Shown: positions 1-10,096, numbered from the stretch's first letter. The stretch is 64,000 nt of DNA from an uncultured delta proteobacterium (GCA_963772225.1 CAVYWD010000010.1:41724-105723), one strand, 5' to 3'. Notes: generated by a model not told the origin, from the sequence alone. Translations and numbers: made by a program.

Positions 1-24
1 CCCCGCTTTGCGGGGAGGGGGAGG
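1..24. repeat. Window-truncated copy of GC-rich palindromic REP-like element
   Basis: The sequence ccccgc-ttt-gcggggagggggagg matches the core CCCCTCCCCGC N2-3 GCGGGGAGGGG seen at 13423, 15704, 19237 and 34326. Confidence 0.6.
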
Positions 25-41
25 ACGGCCCCGGCTCCGGT

Positions 42-743
42 ATGCTCTCCGCCATGGAGCCATGGAGAGTGCTGGCCAGGGAGTTTTCCCCGGAGGGCAA
101 GGAGCTGGTCCTACATGAGCGGGACGGCGTTTACGTCATCCGGGTCGGTGGCCGGGAGCTGATGTCCAGCGCGCGCCACGGCTCCGAGGAGGCGATGGCG
201 GAGGCGGGGCTCGAGGGTCTTGAGGGCGGGTCCCCGTCCGTTCTGATCGGGGGCCTGGGGCTCGGGTACACGCTGCGCGCCGCGCTCGACCGGCTGCCTT
301 CCAGGGCGAGCGTGGTGGTGGCGGAGATTTCGGCCCCGGTGGTGGCGTGGAACCGGGGGCCGCTGGCGCACCTCGCAAGAGCACCGCTCGACGACCCTCG
401 GGTGGCCGTCGAGGTCGCCGAGGTCAGGCGGTTCCTCGCCACGGCCCGCCGGCGCTTCGACGCCATTCTCCTGGACGTGGACAACGGCCCGTCGGCGCTC
501 TTTCGCGCCGGAAACCAGGCGCTGTACGAGCGGTCGGGGCTCGCCGCATTCTCCCGTGCGCTGCGGCCGGGAGGCGCGCTCGTCGTCTGGTCCGCCGGCG
601 AGGCCCCGCGCTTCCTCGAGGAGCTCGGCCGGGCGCACTTCGAGGCGAAGGAGACTCGGGTCCCCGCGCGCCCCGGCGGCGGCAAGGCTCACCACGTGCT
701 GATCGTCGGGCGGCGCTCTCGAGACGGGCACCGAACGGAATAG
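42..743 (+). CDS. Spermidine-synthase-like SAM-dependent methyltransferase
   Basis: 233-aa ORF. It has a glycine-rich SAM loop (VLIGGLGLGYTL) and an acidic ILLDVDNGP segment typical of spermine/spermidine-synthase-like folds. Third-position GC is high. Confidence 0.7.
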   Translation: MLSAMEPWRVLAREFSPEGKELVLHERDGVYVIRVGGRELMSSARHGSEEAMAEAGLEGLEGGSPSVLIGGLGLGYTLRAALDRLPSRASVVVAEISAPVVAWNRGPLAHLARAPLDDPRVAVEVAEVRRFLATARRRFDAILLDVDNGPSALFRAGNQALYERSGLAAFSRALRPGGALVVWSAGEAPRFLEELGRAHFEAKETRVPARPGGGKAHHVLIVGRRSRDGHRTE

Positions 744-762
744 GAGGGCCTGCCGGTCGGTG

Positions 763-1161
763 CTAGCGACCTGGTCGAGTCTTCGTCGCCGCGAACCGCC
801 GGAAGAAGGCGACCACCCTAGGCTCTGGGTCGAGGCTCGCATCCAGCGAATCGCCGTCGACAAAGGCGCGGCCGCACTCCTCGCAGACCTCGTAGAACTG
901 CGGGTCCTGGCGATCGCCGCCTTCGAAGAGCGTCAGGTCGACGTGGCAGGTGGGGCACTCGCCAACATCCCCATCGGGGACCACCCGGCCGCCCTGCGCC
1001 TCGATTCCCGGGAGGTTGTTGTGCAGGAGGATCGGGTTCAGGTCGGTGAGCTCGGCCGTCAGGCCGCCGCACTCCGAACAGACGCGCAGTGGCACTTCTT
1101 GTCCGACTTCAGGGTCCTGCATCTCGGCATCACAGCCAGGGCAATTCACAGAGTTCGCCAT
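763..1161 (-). CDS. Double zinc-ribbon protein (zf-TFIIB-like)
   Basis: 132-aa ORF with two CxxC...CxxC units (CPGCDAEM...CSECGG and CPTCHVDL...CEECGR). Confidence 0.65.
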   Translation of the reverse strand: MANSVNCPGCDAEMQDPEVGQEVPLRVCSECGGLTAELTDLNPILLHNNLPGIEAQGGRVVPDGDVGECPTCHVDLTLFEGGDRQDPQFYEVCEECGRAFVDGDSLDASLDPEPRVVAFFRRFAATKTRPGR

Positions 1162-1489
1162 TTCCTGCGAGAAAAGGGTCAGCGGGAGCTTTTCGCCAGG
1201 CGCTCACCTTAAGCCACATGGGGCGCCAGAGACAACCTCCGCGAAGCCCCTCCGCGAAGCCCCAACGGAGCGGAGGTGGAATAGCCCTTGGGGGTGAGGC
1301 GATCGGCGAGCCGAGCCCTCTCGCAAGCGAGAGCTCCTGCGACTGCATTCTCCAGGCGTGCTGAGTGTCTATTAGGACAACTCATCGATTAGCCTGCGAA
1401 GGTCGCCTGGGGGAGCGGGCACGCCGCTGGCCGGCCGGCCGCGGCGCAAGGCGCTTGAGACGCCCGGCGCTTCTGGCTACCTTCGGCCG

Positions 1490-2776
1490 ATGAGGCGCTC
1501 GCATCTCCTTGGGGCGGTCGCGCTTTCGGCCGCTCTGCACGCCGGGCTCTTGGCCCTGTCGATGCGCGCGCGCCCGCCGATCGAGCCTCGGCGCGAGCGG
1601 GTCGAAATCGAGATCCGGGTCCAGCACCGGCCACCGGCCCCATCGCCAACGCCTCCGCCCGCGCTCCGTGAAGCCGTCCCTCCGGGCGAGCGAGCGAAGG
1701 TCGCCCAAATCCCTCCCCGAGCGAAGAGCGGCCCGAGCGCGGCGCCTCCTGCGGCCGCAGCCCCGTCCAGGTCTGCCGGAAGCGACGAAGCGCCCGGAGC
1801 GGCGGAGGCGGCCCAAGGCAAAGGCTCCGAGCGGCCGGCGGACCGCGGCCTGGCGCTGGACGACCTGCCCCGGGGCCTGCCTGCCGGCCCGTCGGCGGAG
1901 TTCGGCGAGCGGATCCTCGAGCAGGGCGGCCGGGGCTCCAAGGCGTTCGGCTCGCTGATTCGCAACGAGCCCGGCTTCGGGCCAGGGCGGCAGGCGCTGC
2001 TCGACGCGGAGGGCGCGGCGGTCAAGAGCAAGGTCGACGGCTGGATGGCCGACGGCGCCGCCGAGGCCCGCGTCAACGGCGGCATCGTCGACGACTACTT
2101 CGGCCAGATGAAGCGCAACCTCGAGGCGAAGCTCGACAAGCCGGGGGACGTCCTGAGCGGGAGCTTCGTCAAGGACTTCGCCCAAGCCTACGGCCACGCC
2201 GCGCAGCAGTACGCCGCCACGGGCAATCCGTACCGGCAGGGCGAGGTCGTCGGCTCGGCGCCCGAGATCGACGGCGACACGCCCTTGGCGACGATGGCGC
2301 AGCGCTACCAGGGCTCGACCACCGAGGACGCGGCGAAGAGGTTCGCCCAGGGCCGGATGCTGCGCGACTTTGCCGACGGCAAGTTCGGCCAGGGCCTCAT
2401 CGCCGTGGTCGAGCTCCGCCAAGGCGCGGACGGGCACCTGCTCTCCGCGAAGCTCCTCGAGGCCTCCGGCAGCGCCGAGTTCGACGCCCACGTGATGAAG
2501 GTCGCGCCCCAGGCGCTCTCGCTCCTCGGGCCGCCGCCCGACCACGTCAAAGTCGCCGAGGGTGGGCTGAAGAGCCACTGGGCCTTCGAGGGGCACATCG
2601 TCTACAAGCGAAAGCTGCGCGAGACGAACCTCGTCCAGGACGGCTGGTACCTGGCGCTCGCGGGAATGTCGGGGCTGATGACCGGCGACTTCGATATGGG
2701 CGGCGACGCGACCTACGTCGACCTGCGCCACCCGGAGCTCAAGGTGAAGGCGCGGCTCCTGCGCCTCTACCAGTGA
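1490..2776 (+). CDS. TonB-like membrane-anchored protein
   Basis: 428 aa. It has an N-terminal anchor (LLGAVALSAALHAGLLAL), a Pro/Ala-rich linker (PPAPSPTPPP) and a C-terminal TonB_C-like region. Its stop is 1 nt from the convergent mtnA stop. Confidence 0.65.
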   Translation: MRRSHLLGAVALSAALHAGLLALSMRARPPIEPRRERVEIEIRVQHRPPAPSPTPPPALREAVPPGERAKVAQIPPRAKSGPSAAPPAAAAPSRSAGSDEAPGAAEAAQGKGSERPADRGLALDDLPRGLPAGPSAEFGERILEQGGRGSKAFGSLIRNEPGFGPGRQALLDAEGAAVKSKVDGWMADGAAEARVNGGIVDDYFGQMKRNLEAKLDKPGDVLSGSFVKDFAQAYGHAAQQYAATGNPYRQGEVVGSAPEIDGDTPLATMAQRYQGSTTEDAAKRFAQGRMLRDFADGKFGQGLIAVVELRQGADGHLLSAKLLEASGSAEFDAHVMKVAPQALSLLGPPPDHVKVAEGGLKSHWAFEGHIVYKRKLRETNLVQDGWYLALAGMSGLMTGDFDMGGDATYVDLRHPELKVKARLLRLYQ

Positions 2777-2777
2777 C

Positions 2778-3818
2778 TCACCCGAACAGCCGCGGCAGGC
2801 TCTGCTCGTAGGGCGCTCGGGCGATGCCCTTCTCGGTCACGAGGGCGCCGACGAGCCGCGCCGGGGTCACGTCGAAGGCCGGGTGCCGCGCGCGGACGCC
2901 GGCCGGCGCGATGGCCTTTCCGCCGATGGAGGTGACCTCGTCCGACGAGCGCTCTTCGATGGGGATCCGCGAGCCGTCCGCCAGGCTCAGGTCGATGGTG
3001 GAGAGCGGCGCCGCCACGTAGAAGGGCAGGGCGTGCTCGCGGCAGAGGATGGCCACGGTGTACGTGCCGATCTTGTTGGCGACGTCGCCGTTGCGCGCGA
3101 TTCGGTCGGCGCCCACCACGGCGCAGGTGATCTCGCCGCGCGCCATGAGGTGCCCGGCCATGTTGTCGGAGATGAGCGTCACGTCGATGCCGTCGCGGTG
3201 CAGCTCCCAGGCGGTGAGGCGCGCGCCCTGGAGGTAAGGGCGCGTCTCGTCCGCGACGACCTTGATCCGCTTGCCGGCCTCGACGGCGGCCCGTATGAGG
3301 CCCAGCGCCGTGCCGTAGCCCCCGGTCGCCAGCGCGCCGGCGTTGCAGTGCGTGAGGACGGTGGCGCCGTCGGGGATCAGCTCGGCGCCCAGGCGCCCCA
3401 TGGCGCGGCAGGCGGCCACGTCCTCTTCGAAGATGGCCTGGGCCTCGGCCAGCGCCGCGTCGGCGAGGTCGTCGCGCTCCAGGTGCGGCGCCAGCGCGCG
3501 CTCCATCCGCTCGACCGCCCAGGCAAGGTTGACCGCGGTCGGCCGCGCCGCCTTGAGGGTGGCCGCCGCAGCGTCGAGCGCCGTCTTTCGCTCGGCGCCC
3601 GAGCGGGCCTGGGCCCGCGCCTGCCGCGCGGCGAGCGCCATGCCGAAGGCCGCCGCGATGCCGATGGCCGGGGCGCCGCGCACCACCATGTCCTGAATGG
3701 CCTTCGCGACCGATGGCGCGTCGTCGAAGGCGAGGTGGCGCTCCTCGGCGGGGAGGAGCCGCTGCTCGATGAGGTAGAGCCTGCCGTCCTTGAAGTAGAC
3801 CGGGTGGAGCGGGTGCAT
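2778..3818 (-). CDS. mtnA: Methylthioribose-1-phosphate isomerase
   Basis: Motifs [31 protein letters not shown] and FYVAAP are typical of the MtnA/eIF-2B family. I chose the start at [12 protein letters not shown] (ATG at 3818); the ORF stays open to 4058. Confidence 0.85.
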   Translation of the reverse strand: MHPLHPVYFKDGRLYLIEQRLLPAEERHLAFDDAPSVAKAIQDMVVRGAPAIGIAAAFGMALAARQARAQARSGAERKTALDAAAATLKAARPTAVNLAWAVERMERALAPHLERDDLADAALAEAQAIFEEDVAACRAMGRLGAELIPDGATVLTHCNAGALATGGYGTALGLIRAAVEAGKRIKVVADETRPYLQGARLTAWELHRDGIDVTLISDNMAGHLMARGEITCAVVGADRIARNGDVANKIGTYTVAILCREHALPFYVAAPLSTIDLSLADGSRIPIEERSSDEVTSIGGKAIAPAGVRARHPAFDVTPARLVGALVTEKGIARAPYEQSLPRLFG

Positions 3819-4090
3819 GCGGTCCAAGCCCTTTCTCGAGCATTCCGTCGGCAGAGGCTTCTCTAGCATTCGCGCGGCGAGGCCGGCAACGCCGGCGCGG
3901 TGGGGTAGCGGGGCACAGCCGAAGAACTTGCCCGGGCGCCGATCTGCGGGAGACTCTTGGGCCAGCGCGAGCGGGGACCTGTCGAAGGCTCGCCGGCGCG
4001 CCGTCCGAAAGCTCGAGCCAGGGGTCCTACCGCGCCCCTGGATTCGAACGACCCCCAAACTGAAGTGCTCAGAAAAACGAGGTCAGCACG

Positions 4091-4417
4091 ATGATGACGC
4101 GAATCGCGATGACGGTGGCCGTGGTTTCCCTCTTCGCCGCGGCGCCGGCGTTCGCGCAGGGCGAGACCCCCGCGCCGAAGGAGCAAAAGGCCGTCAAGGC
4201 GGCAAAGGGCAGCCCCCAGACCCATCACTGCTACAAGGACGGCAAGCTGCTCGCCGACGTGACCAAGAAGAAGTGCGCGGGCGAGGGCGGAAAGTGGGAC
4301 AAGGACTCCGCGCACGCGGCGAAGGCGGAGCCGGCCAAGGCTGAGCCCGCCAAGGCCGACGCGCCCAACCCTGAGGCCTCGCCGGCCCCCGCGGCCGAGC
4401 CCGGCAAGGCCCTGTAG
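4091..4417 (+). CDS. Small secreted Lys/Ala/Pro-rich protein
   Basis: 108 aa. It has a signal peptide ([18 protein letters not shown]), two Cys residues and a [12 protein letters not shown] repeat. Confidence 0.55.
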   Translation: MMTRIAMTVAVVSLFAAAPAFAQGETPAPKEQKAVKAAKGSPQTHHCYKDGKLLADVTKKKCAGEGGKWDKDSAHAAKAEPAKAEPAKADAPNPEASPAPAAEPGKAL

Positions 4418-4548
4418 CGGTCGGATTCATTTCGCGAGACAGACGCGGCGCGGTGGCGCTCTTCGGGCGCCGCGGCGCCGCGCTCGTTTGGTGGCCGCTC
4501 TCGCCACGCGGCGCGCCGGCTCCAAGGGGCGAGCGCGGACGGCGGGCT

Positions 4549-4721
4549 CTCGCCCTGTTCGGACCGCGCCGAGGCGTCATCCGCGAAATCGAGCGCCGGC
4601 TGGTGGTCGGCCGGGCGCTCGAGGCCGGTCTCCCCTGCTGGACGGCGGCACGCTCGTCCTCGACGAAGTGGGCGAGCTTCCCGCGCCGCTCCGGGTCAAG
4701 CTCTTGCGCGCGCTCCAGGAG
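4549..4721 (+). pseudogene. Remnant of a sigma54-dependent (NtrC-family) AAA+ activator
   Basis: [26 protein letters not shown] matches the Walker B region consensus GGTLFLDEIGEL...Q.KLLRVLQE. LFGPRRG...GRALEAG lies just upstream in another frame. No intact ORF, Walker A or HTH is present. Confidence 0.35.
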
Positions 4722-4886
4722 ACCAGGCCCAACAGATTGAAACGCAGCAGCTCGCGCCCTCCACCCTCCAAGGCGAAGCCCTGGCGCAAGACCTCGGTGA
4801 AGCAGGTGGAGCCCGAGCCCGCGCCGAAGAGCCCTCTGTAGATCCGGCGGCGCCATTGGCCGCAGGCGCCGCGGCGCGCGACGAGC

Positions 4887-7208
4887 TCAGCTCCTTGGGG
4901 AGCGACCGGCGCTCACGGCCCCAAAGGCCCGGGTGAGCGCCTCCGTGGGCGCGCCCGCCGCGAGCTTTCGCGGCCGCGACCGCGCGCGGAACATGCGCAC
5001 GGCGAGATAGACGATGGGGAGAATTCCGCCGGCGATGAAGAGCGCGTCCCCGGGAAGGCGCAGCCATTCTAGGAAGCGGACGCTCGGTCGCTCATAAAAC
5101 TCGGGCGTTCGGGCGTGCCAATACCCGTTCTGAAAGCTGTCGAAGAGCTGAAGCATGCCGATGGGCGCCAGGTTGACGAAGAGCATGGCGCCCAGGCCGA
5201 TGTTCAGGCTCCAAAATGAGGTCTTCATCGCGCGCTCGCTCCAAGCATCGGGCGGGACGAAGTAGCGGGCGACGAACACGAAGAAGCCCACCGCGAGCAT
5301 GCCGTAGACGCCCATGAGCGCGCCGTGGCCGTGGTTCGCGGTGAATTGCGTGCCGATTTCGTAATAGCTCACGATGGGCAGGTTGATGAGGAAGCCGAAG
5401 ACGCCGGCGCCCAAGAAGTTCCAGAAGCCGACGGCGATGAGGAACATCAGGGCCCAGCGGTGAGGAAACGGCTGGCCCGGCACGGCTGTGCTCGAGCCGC
5501 CCAGGCGGATGAAGCGATAGGCCTCGAAGGTGAGGAGGACCAAGGGGATGACCTCCATGGCCGAGAAGAAAGCCCCCGCCGCCATGTGCACCGCCGGCGA
5601 GCCGCTGAAGTAGAGGTGGTGCATCGTCCCGATGACCCCGCCGATGGAGTAGAGGATCGCGTCGAGATAGATGACCCGCGTCGCGGTAGCGCGCGAGACG
5701 GCGCCGAGCAAGACGAAGATCAAGGCCACCATGATGGTCGTGAAAAGCTCGAGAAAGTCCTCGACCCACAAATGGACGACCCAAAATCGCCAGAAGTCCA
5801 CGATGACGAAATGCGAGTCTCGGTCGAAGAGCATGCCGACGGCGTAGAAAGCGGGAATCGACAGGGCGCTGTAGAGAAACAGAAAGGGCAGGCTCCCCGG
5901 GTGTTCCTCGCGCAGCCGCGCGCGCAGTCCGCGAAAGAGAATGGCGACCCAGAAGAGCATGCCGGCCGTGAGGAGCAGTTGCCAAAGGCGTCCGAGGTCC
6001 AGGTACTCCCACCCCTGGGAGCCGAGCCAAAACCATGGGCCGTGGCGCTTGATGACGTCCTTCACGCTGAGCGCCTCGCCGGCGAGGCTCCCGACGACGA
6101 CGACGACCACGGCGCCGAACAGCGCGATGGCGAGCGCGTCCTGGCCCTTGGGCTCGCTGCCGGCGAGCATCGGCGTGATGAAGATGCCCATCGCCAGGAA
6201 GGAGGCGGAGACGAAGAACAGCGCGAGTTGCACGTGCCAGGTTCGGGAGAGATTGTACGGCAGCCAGCCGGCGAGGTTGAGCCCGTAGAAGCCGCCCGGC
6301 TCGGCGTGGTAATGAGCATTGACGCCACCGAGCAGCCCCTGGGCCAAGAAGAGCGCCGCAACGACCAAGAAATACCAGGCCGTCGCGCGCTGGGAGGGCG
6401 TGAGGCCGACCTCCTCGGGCGGGCGGAACTGAACGGGCTCGGTTCCCTCTTCGTCCGCGCGATGCCAGCCCAGCACCTTGAAACGGCCGAAGACGTAGAA
6501 GACCAAGCCCGTGCCGCAGAGCAGGGCGATGAGGCTGATCACGCTCCAGAAGAAGTTCTCCGCGGTCGGCCGATTGCCGACCAGGGGCTCGCCCGGCCAA
6601 TTGTTGGTGTACGAATAGATTTCCCCGGGGCGGCGCGCGCTGGAAGTCCAGGCTGCCCAGGCGAAATAGGCCGTCAGCCTGCGCACCTCGGCGAGGTCCG
6701 CGATGGCCGGGCGCTTGAGCCCGCTCTGCGTCTCGAGCGCGCCGAAGAAGGACCGGTAGAAGCGCTCCATCGCCTCGAAGGCGTGCGCCTGGCCCGCAGA
6801 GAAGGGCAGGGAATCGGCCCCTGCCTCGTACGCGTTGGCCTTGGACTCTCGGGCGACCCGGTCTCGGACCTCGGGAAGCGGGGCCCCCCTCTCCCCGTAG
6901 AACAACAGCATGTCCAGGGCGGAGCCGTGAAGGTATTGCGCGGTGAAATCGGGTCCCAGGTATGCGCCATGGCCGAACAGCGTGCCGTATTGCATCAGCT
7001 CGTATTTCTGGAAGACCTGCTGGCCCGCGAGGATGTCGTCGCGCGTGAAGAGCACGCCTCCGCCCGGCGTTGTCACCCGCGCGGGGACGGGCGGTTGTCG
7101 CGAGTAGACGAGGGCCGCCAAGATGCCCAGGACCGTGAATCCCAACAGAAACGTCAGCGCCGCCGCCTGAGGCCACGCTCTGGAAATGGCCATGCTGCCG
7201 CGGGACAT
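4887..7208 (-). CDS. norB: Quinol-dependent nitric oxide reductase (qNOR, NorB/NorZ type, single-subunit)
   Basis: 773 aa. The N-terminal extension (FTRDDILAGQQVFQKYELMQYGTLFGHGAYLGPDFTAQYLH) is followed by a 12-TM heme-copper oxidase core with conserved His residues (HHLYFSG, HGHGALMGVYG). Confidence 0.9.
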   Translation of the reverse strand: MSRGSMAISRAWPQAAALTFLLGFTVLGILAALVYSRQPPVPARVTTPGGGVLFTRDDILAGQQVFQKYELMQYGTLFGHGAYLGPDFTAQYLHGSALDMLLFYGERGAPLPEVRDRVARESKANAYEAGADSLPFSAGQAHAFEAMERFYRSFFGALETQSGLKRPAIADLAEVRRLTAYFAWAAWTSSARRPGEIYSYTNNWPGEPLVGNRPTAENFFWSVISLIALLCGTGLVFYVFGRFKVLGWHRADEEGTEPVQFRPPEEVGLTPSQRATAWYFLVVAALFLAQGLLGGVNAHYHAEPGGFYGLNLAGWLPYNLSRTWHVQLALFFVSASFLAMGIFITPMLAGSEPKGQDALAIALFGAVVVVVVGSLAGEALSVKDVIKRHGPWFWLGSQGWEYLDLGRLWQLLLTAGMLFWVAILFRGLRARLREEHPGSLPFLFLYSALSIPAFYAVGMLFDRDSHFVIVDFWRFWVVHLWVEDFLELFTTIMVALIFVLLGAVSRATATRVIYLDAILYSIGGVIGTMHHLYFSGSPAVHMAAGAFFSAMEVIPLVLLTFEAYRFIRLGGSSTAVPGQPFPHRWALMFLIAVGFWNFLGAGVFGFLINLPIVSYYEIGTQFTANHGHGALMGVYGMLAVGFFVFVARYFVPPDAWSERAMKTSFWSLNIGLGAMLFVNLAPIGMLQLFDSFQNGYWHARTPEFYERPSVRFLEWLRLPGDALFIAGGILPIVYLAVRMFRARSRPRKLAAGAPTEALTRAFGAVSAGRSPRS

Positions 7209-7292
7209 GGCGCCTCCTGGGGCGAGGCCTCAATGTTGCGGCGGCGGGGCTCGGGCGCAAGGAGAGGTCCTTTGCCGGTTCGGCGAGCCATC

Positions 7293-8774
7293 ATGGATTC
7301 CCAGACACAGAGTTGGGCGGGCGTGCCGATCTTCACCATCGGCCACTCGACGCACCCACTGGACGAGCTCGTCTCCCGGCTGAGATCGCTTCAGGTCTCA
7401 ATCTTGGTCGACATCCGGACGATTCCGCGCTCGCGGCACAATCCGCAGTTCAACGGCGATGCGCTCCGCTCCGCTCTGAAGAAACGAGGCCTTCGCTACG
7501 TTCACCTGCCGAGGCTCGGCGGCCTTCGGCGCGCGCGCGCCGATTCGCCCAACACGGGCTGGCGAAACGCGAGCTTTCGGGGATTCGCCGATTACATGCT
7601 GACGGCCGAGTTCGAGGCCGGGCTCGCAGAGCTTCGCGCACTGGCGGCGGAAGGCGTCGTCGCGATCATGTGCGCGGAGGCCGTGCCCTGGCGCTGCCAT
7701 CGGTCTCTGGTGGCCGATGCGCTTCAGGCTCGCGGCGCCCGGGTCGAGCACATCGTTGGCCTCTCGCGCGCGAGCCAGCATCGCCGGACGCCCTTTGCGG
7801 TGGTGCGCGACCTTCGCGTCGTCTATCCCGGCGAGCCGGAGTCGGACGAGCGGCTCTCCGCCGTCGGTCCGCTGCACCTGGAGGCGACGGCGCGGGTGCT
7901 GCAGCGCCTTCCGTCGAATCGGGTCGACCTCTGGGAAGAAGACGAATACCGCCGCGCCCTGTCCACGCCGGAGGGGCTCGCGCTCGCCCGGGTGAGCAAT
8001 CGGGGAAGCTTCGAGGAGCCCGAGCTTCGGCTCGAGGTCATGCCCCGTCGACTCTCGGCGGCGGTGCGCGCGGACGTCGCGGGCGCCGTCCGCCGCATTC
8101 TCGGCCTCGAGGTGGATCCCGCGCCGCTGCAGCCGCTGGCGCGCGCCGCGCTGGGCCCCGCCGCGGCCGCCCTGCGCGGCATGCGGCCGCCTCGCTTCCC
8201 CGGGCTCTTCGAGGCGTTCGCGAACGTCGTGCCCTTTCAACAGGTCAGCCTCGAGTCGGGGCTGGCCATCGTCGGCCGGCTGGTCGAGCGCTTCGGCCCG
8301 CGCTTGGAGCTCGACGGGCGCCGATACCTCGCGTTTCCAGAGGCGCCCGTCGTCGCCGAAGCCCCGGCGTCGGCCCTGAAGGCGTGCGGGATGAGCGCGA
8401 GGAAGGCGGAAGTCCTCCGGGGGCTCGCGGGGAAGGTCGCCTCCGGCGAGCTGACGGAGGAGAGGCTCGCGGCGTCGGGAACCGAAGACGCGCTCGCCTT
8501 TCTCGAAGAGCTGCCGGGCATCGGGCCTTGGAGCGCGGGGCTCGTCCTGCTGCGCGGCCTCGGGCGCCTCGACGTGTTTCCCCCGGGCGACGCCGCCGCC
8601 ACCCGGGCGCTGGCCGAGCAGATTCGCCCTGGGATGACCCTCGAGGCCATCGTCGCGCGGGCGGGCGGGCGAGCGCCGCGGCTCTGCTGCATTTCCGCAG
8701 GGAGCCCGGCGTTTCCGGCGTCGGCGGCGAGCGACTCGCGCGCCTGCGCCTGGGGCCTATTCCGGTCGTCGTAA
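7293..8774 (+). CDS. DUF488 domain fused to an AlkA-type HhH-GPD DNA glycosylase
   Basis: The N-terminus has the DUF488 signature (IFTIGHS...LVDIRTIPRSRHNPQF...MCAEAVPWRCHRSLVA). The C-terminus has an HhH-GPD module (LPGIGPWSAGLVLLRGLGRLDVFPPGD). The start is MDSQTQSW inside a 1149-aa shadow-extended ORF. The last ~35 codons may be frameshifted. Confidence 0.8.
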   Translation: MDSQTQSWAGVPIFTIGHSTHPLDELVSRLRSLQVSILVDIRTIPRSRHNPQFNGDALRSALKKRGLRYVHLPRLGGLRRARADSPNTGWRNASFRGFADYMLTAEFEAGLAELRALAAEGVVAIMCAEAVPWRCHRSLVADALQARGARVEHIVGLSRASQHRRTPFAVVRDLRVVYPGEPESDERLSAVGPLHLEATARVLQRLPSNRVDLWEEDEYRRALSTPEGLALARVSNRGSFEEPELRLEVMPRRLSAAVRADVAGAVRRILGLEVDPAPLQPLARAALGPAAAALRGMRPPRFPGLFEAFANVVPFQQVSLESGLAIVGRLVERFGPRLELDGRRYLAFPEAPVVAEAPASALKACGMSARKAEVLRGLAGKVASGELTEERLAASGTEDALAFLEELPGIGPWSAGLVLLRGLGRLDVFPPGDAAATRALAEQIRPGMTLEAIVARAGGRAPRLCCISAGSPAFPASAASDSRACAWGLFRSS

Positions 8775-8973
8775 GGCTTGCGCACGGCGTCGATGGCGTC
8801 GAGCATCGCGACCGCCGCCTGGCCGGCGCGGCTCAGCAAGGCGAAATGGATCTTGAATGGCGGGCTCGCGTACGATGACGCACTCACAAGCTTCCCGCGC
8901 GGCCCACGCGATTCTTCTCGAGGCGCGCCGACGAAGCCATCGCTCGCCAAGGCGCGAGGAGGTGACAGCGACC

Positions 8974-9444
8974 ATGAATCGTCACGAGACCCAGATGATG
9001 CTCGCCCTGGCCGCCGTCGCTGCCCTCGCGGCGTGTGGTTCCTCGCAATCGTCGAGCGCCTTCACCTGCTGCTATGACGATGCGTATTACAATTGCAGCA
9101 GCCAGAGCGCATTGGACGCCTGCAGCAAGGGAAGCTTCTCCGGCTGCGCCCGCGATTCGAGCAAGGATGTCAGCGTTTGCAACGCGCCGACGTCCACCGG
9201 CGATTCGAAGGCGTGCACCGTCGTTGGCTCGGTGAGCAGCTTCCAGGTCACCTGCTCGAAGGCCATCGAGTCCGTGACGGCACTGGGCGTCACGTCGCCG
9301 AGCAGCATCCGGATCAACGACATCGCGCTGACCGTCACGGACGCCTACCACATTGCCGGCAGCGCGCCCGGGCAAAGCTCGCTCTCTTTCACCGTCGCGC
9401 ACACGGACGGCACGTTCAGCGACGTGTCGATTGCGGCACTTTGA
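8974..9444 (+). CDS. Cys-rich lipoprotein
   Basis: Signal peptide with lipobox (LAALAAC|GSS), an AGGAGG RBS at 8957-8962 and a Cys-rich N-terminal region (CCYDDAYYNCSS). Confidence 0.65.
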   Translation: MNRHETQMMLALAAVAALAACGSSQSSSAFTCCYDDAYYNCSSQSALDACSKGSFSGCARDSSKDVSVCNAPTSTGDSKACTVVGSVSSFQVTCSKAIESVTALGVTSPSSIRINDIALTVTDAYHIAGSAPGQSSLSFTVAHTDGTFSDVSIAAL

Positions 9445-10096
9445 TGACCCTCTTCTCGCATCCATGGCGGGGCTCGAGCGCAGGGATGAACGCCCGCCGC
9501 CGCTGAGCTCGCGGTCCGCTGAGCCCTGGTCTGGGCGCCATCGACCTCGTCTTCGGCCAGGGCGCGCGAGATGCGCTTGGCGAGGCCGGCGAGGCCGACA
9601 GAAGAAAGCGACAGCCCCGCGGGCCCCGTGGCCAATCCGATAGTCAGTCTCCGAATCGACGATCGCATCGGCCGCTGTTTCCGCCGACGGGCCGGATGAC
9701 GCCGCCGGCGATGAAGGCGAGGGTGCCGACGGCCAGGCTGCCGTACGCGCGGGAGGGCGCTTTGCAACCTCTTGCTGGGAGGCATCGGCCGCGGCGCGCT
9801 GGGGCGACTCCGAGCGGCGAAGGTGCGGGTGTTCCTGGCGCACGAGGCCACCGTCGAGGCGGCGCTAGCTAGCGGCGCTCAAGGCCGGGGAGTTGGCCGA
9901 GGCGTCTCCGGATGGGGCGTGCGGACATCACGACCACAGCTCGCGCGGCGATGGGGGACCGCATGGCCACGGCCACTGCGGCGGAGCTCAGCACTGAGCG
10001 AGCTCGAGAATCCGCCGGCGCTCCGGGAATTGGAGTGCGGGCGAAGCTGGAAGGGGCCGCGTGCGCCGCTTTCGCCCCTTCCAGAGCGCCGGCGGT

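Noticed and set aside
1238-1263. Perfect 2 x 13-nt tandem repeat (tccgcgaagcccc) and a small hairpin (ctctcg caag cgagag) in the 330-bp divergent intergenic region. I considered an ncRNA.
   Set aside because: The repeat is too short and isolated to interpret, and I recognised no ncRNA fold. It is probably promoter-region slippage.
5325-7292. The upstream two thirds of the 1149-aa plus-strand ORF that ends in the DUF488-AlkA gene.
   Set aside because: This part is antisense to the nitric oxide reductase gene and has no recognisable motifs. The real gene starts at ATG 7293 (MDSQTQSW).
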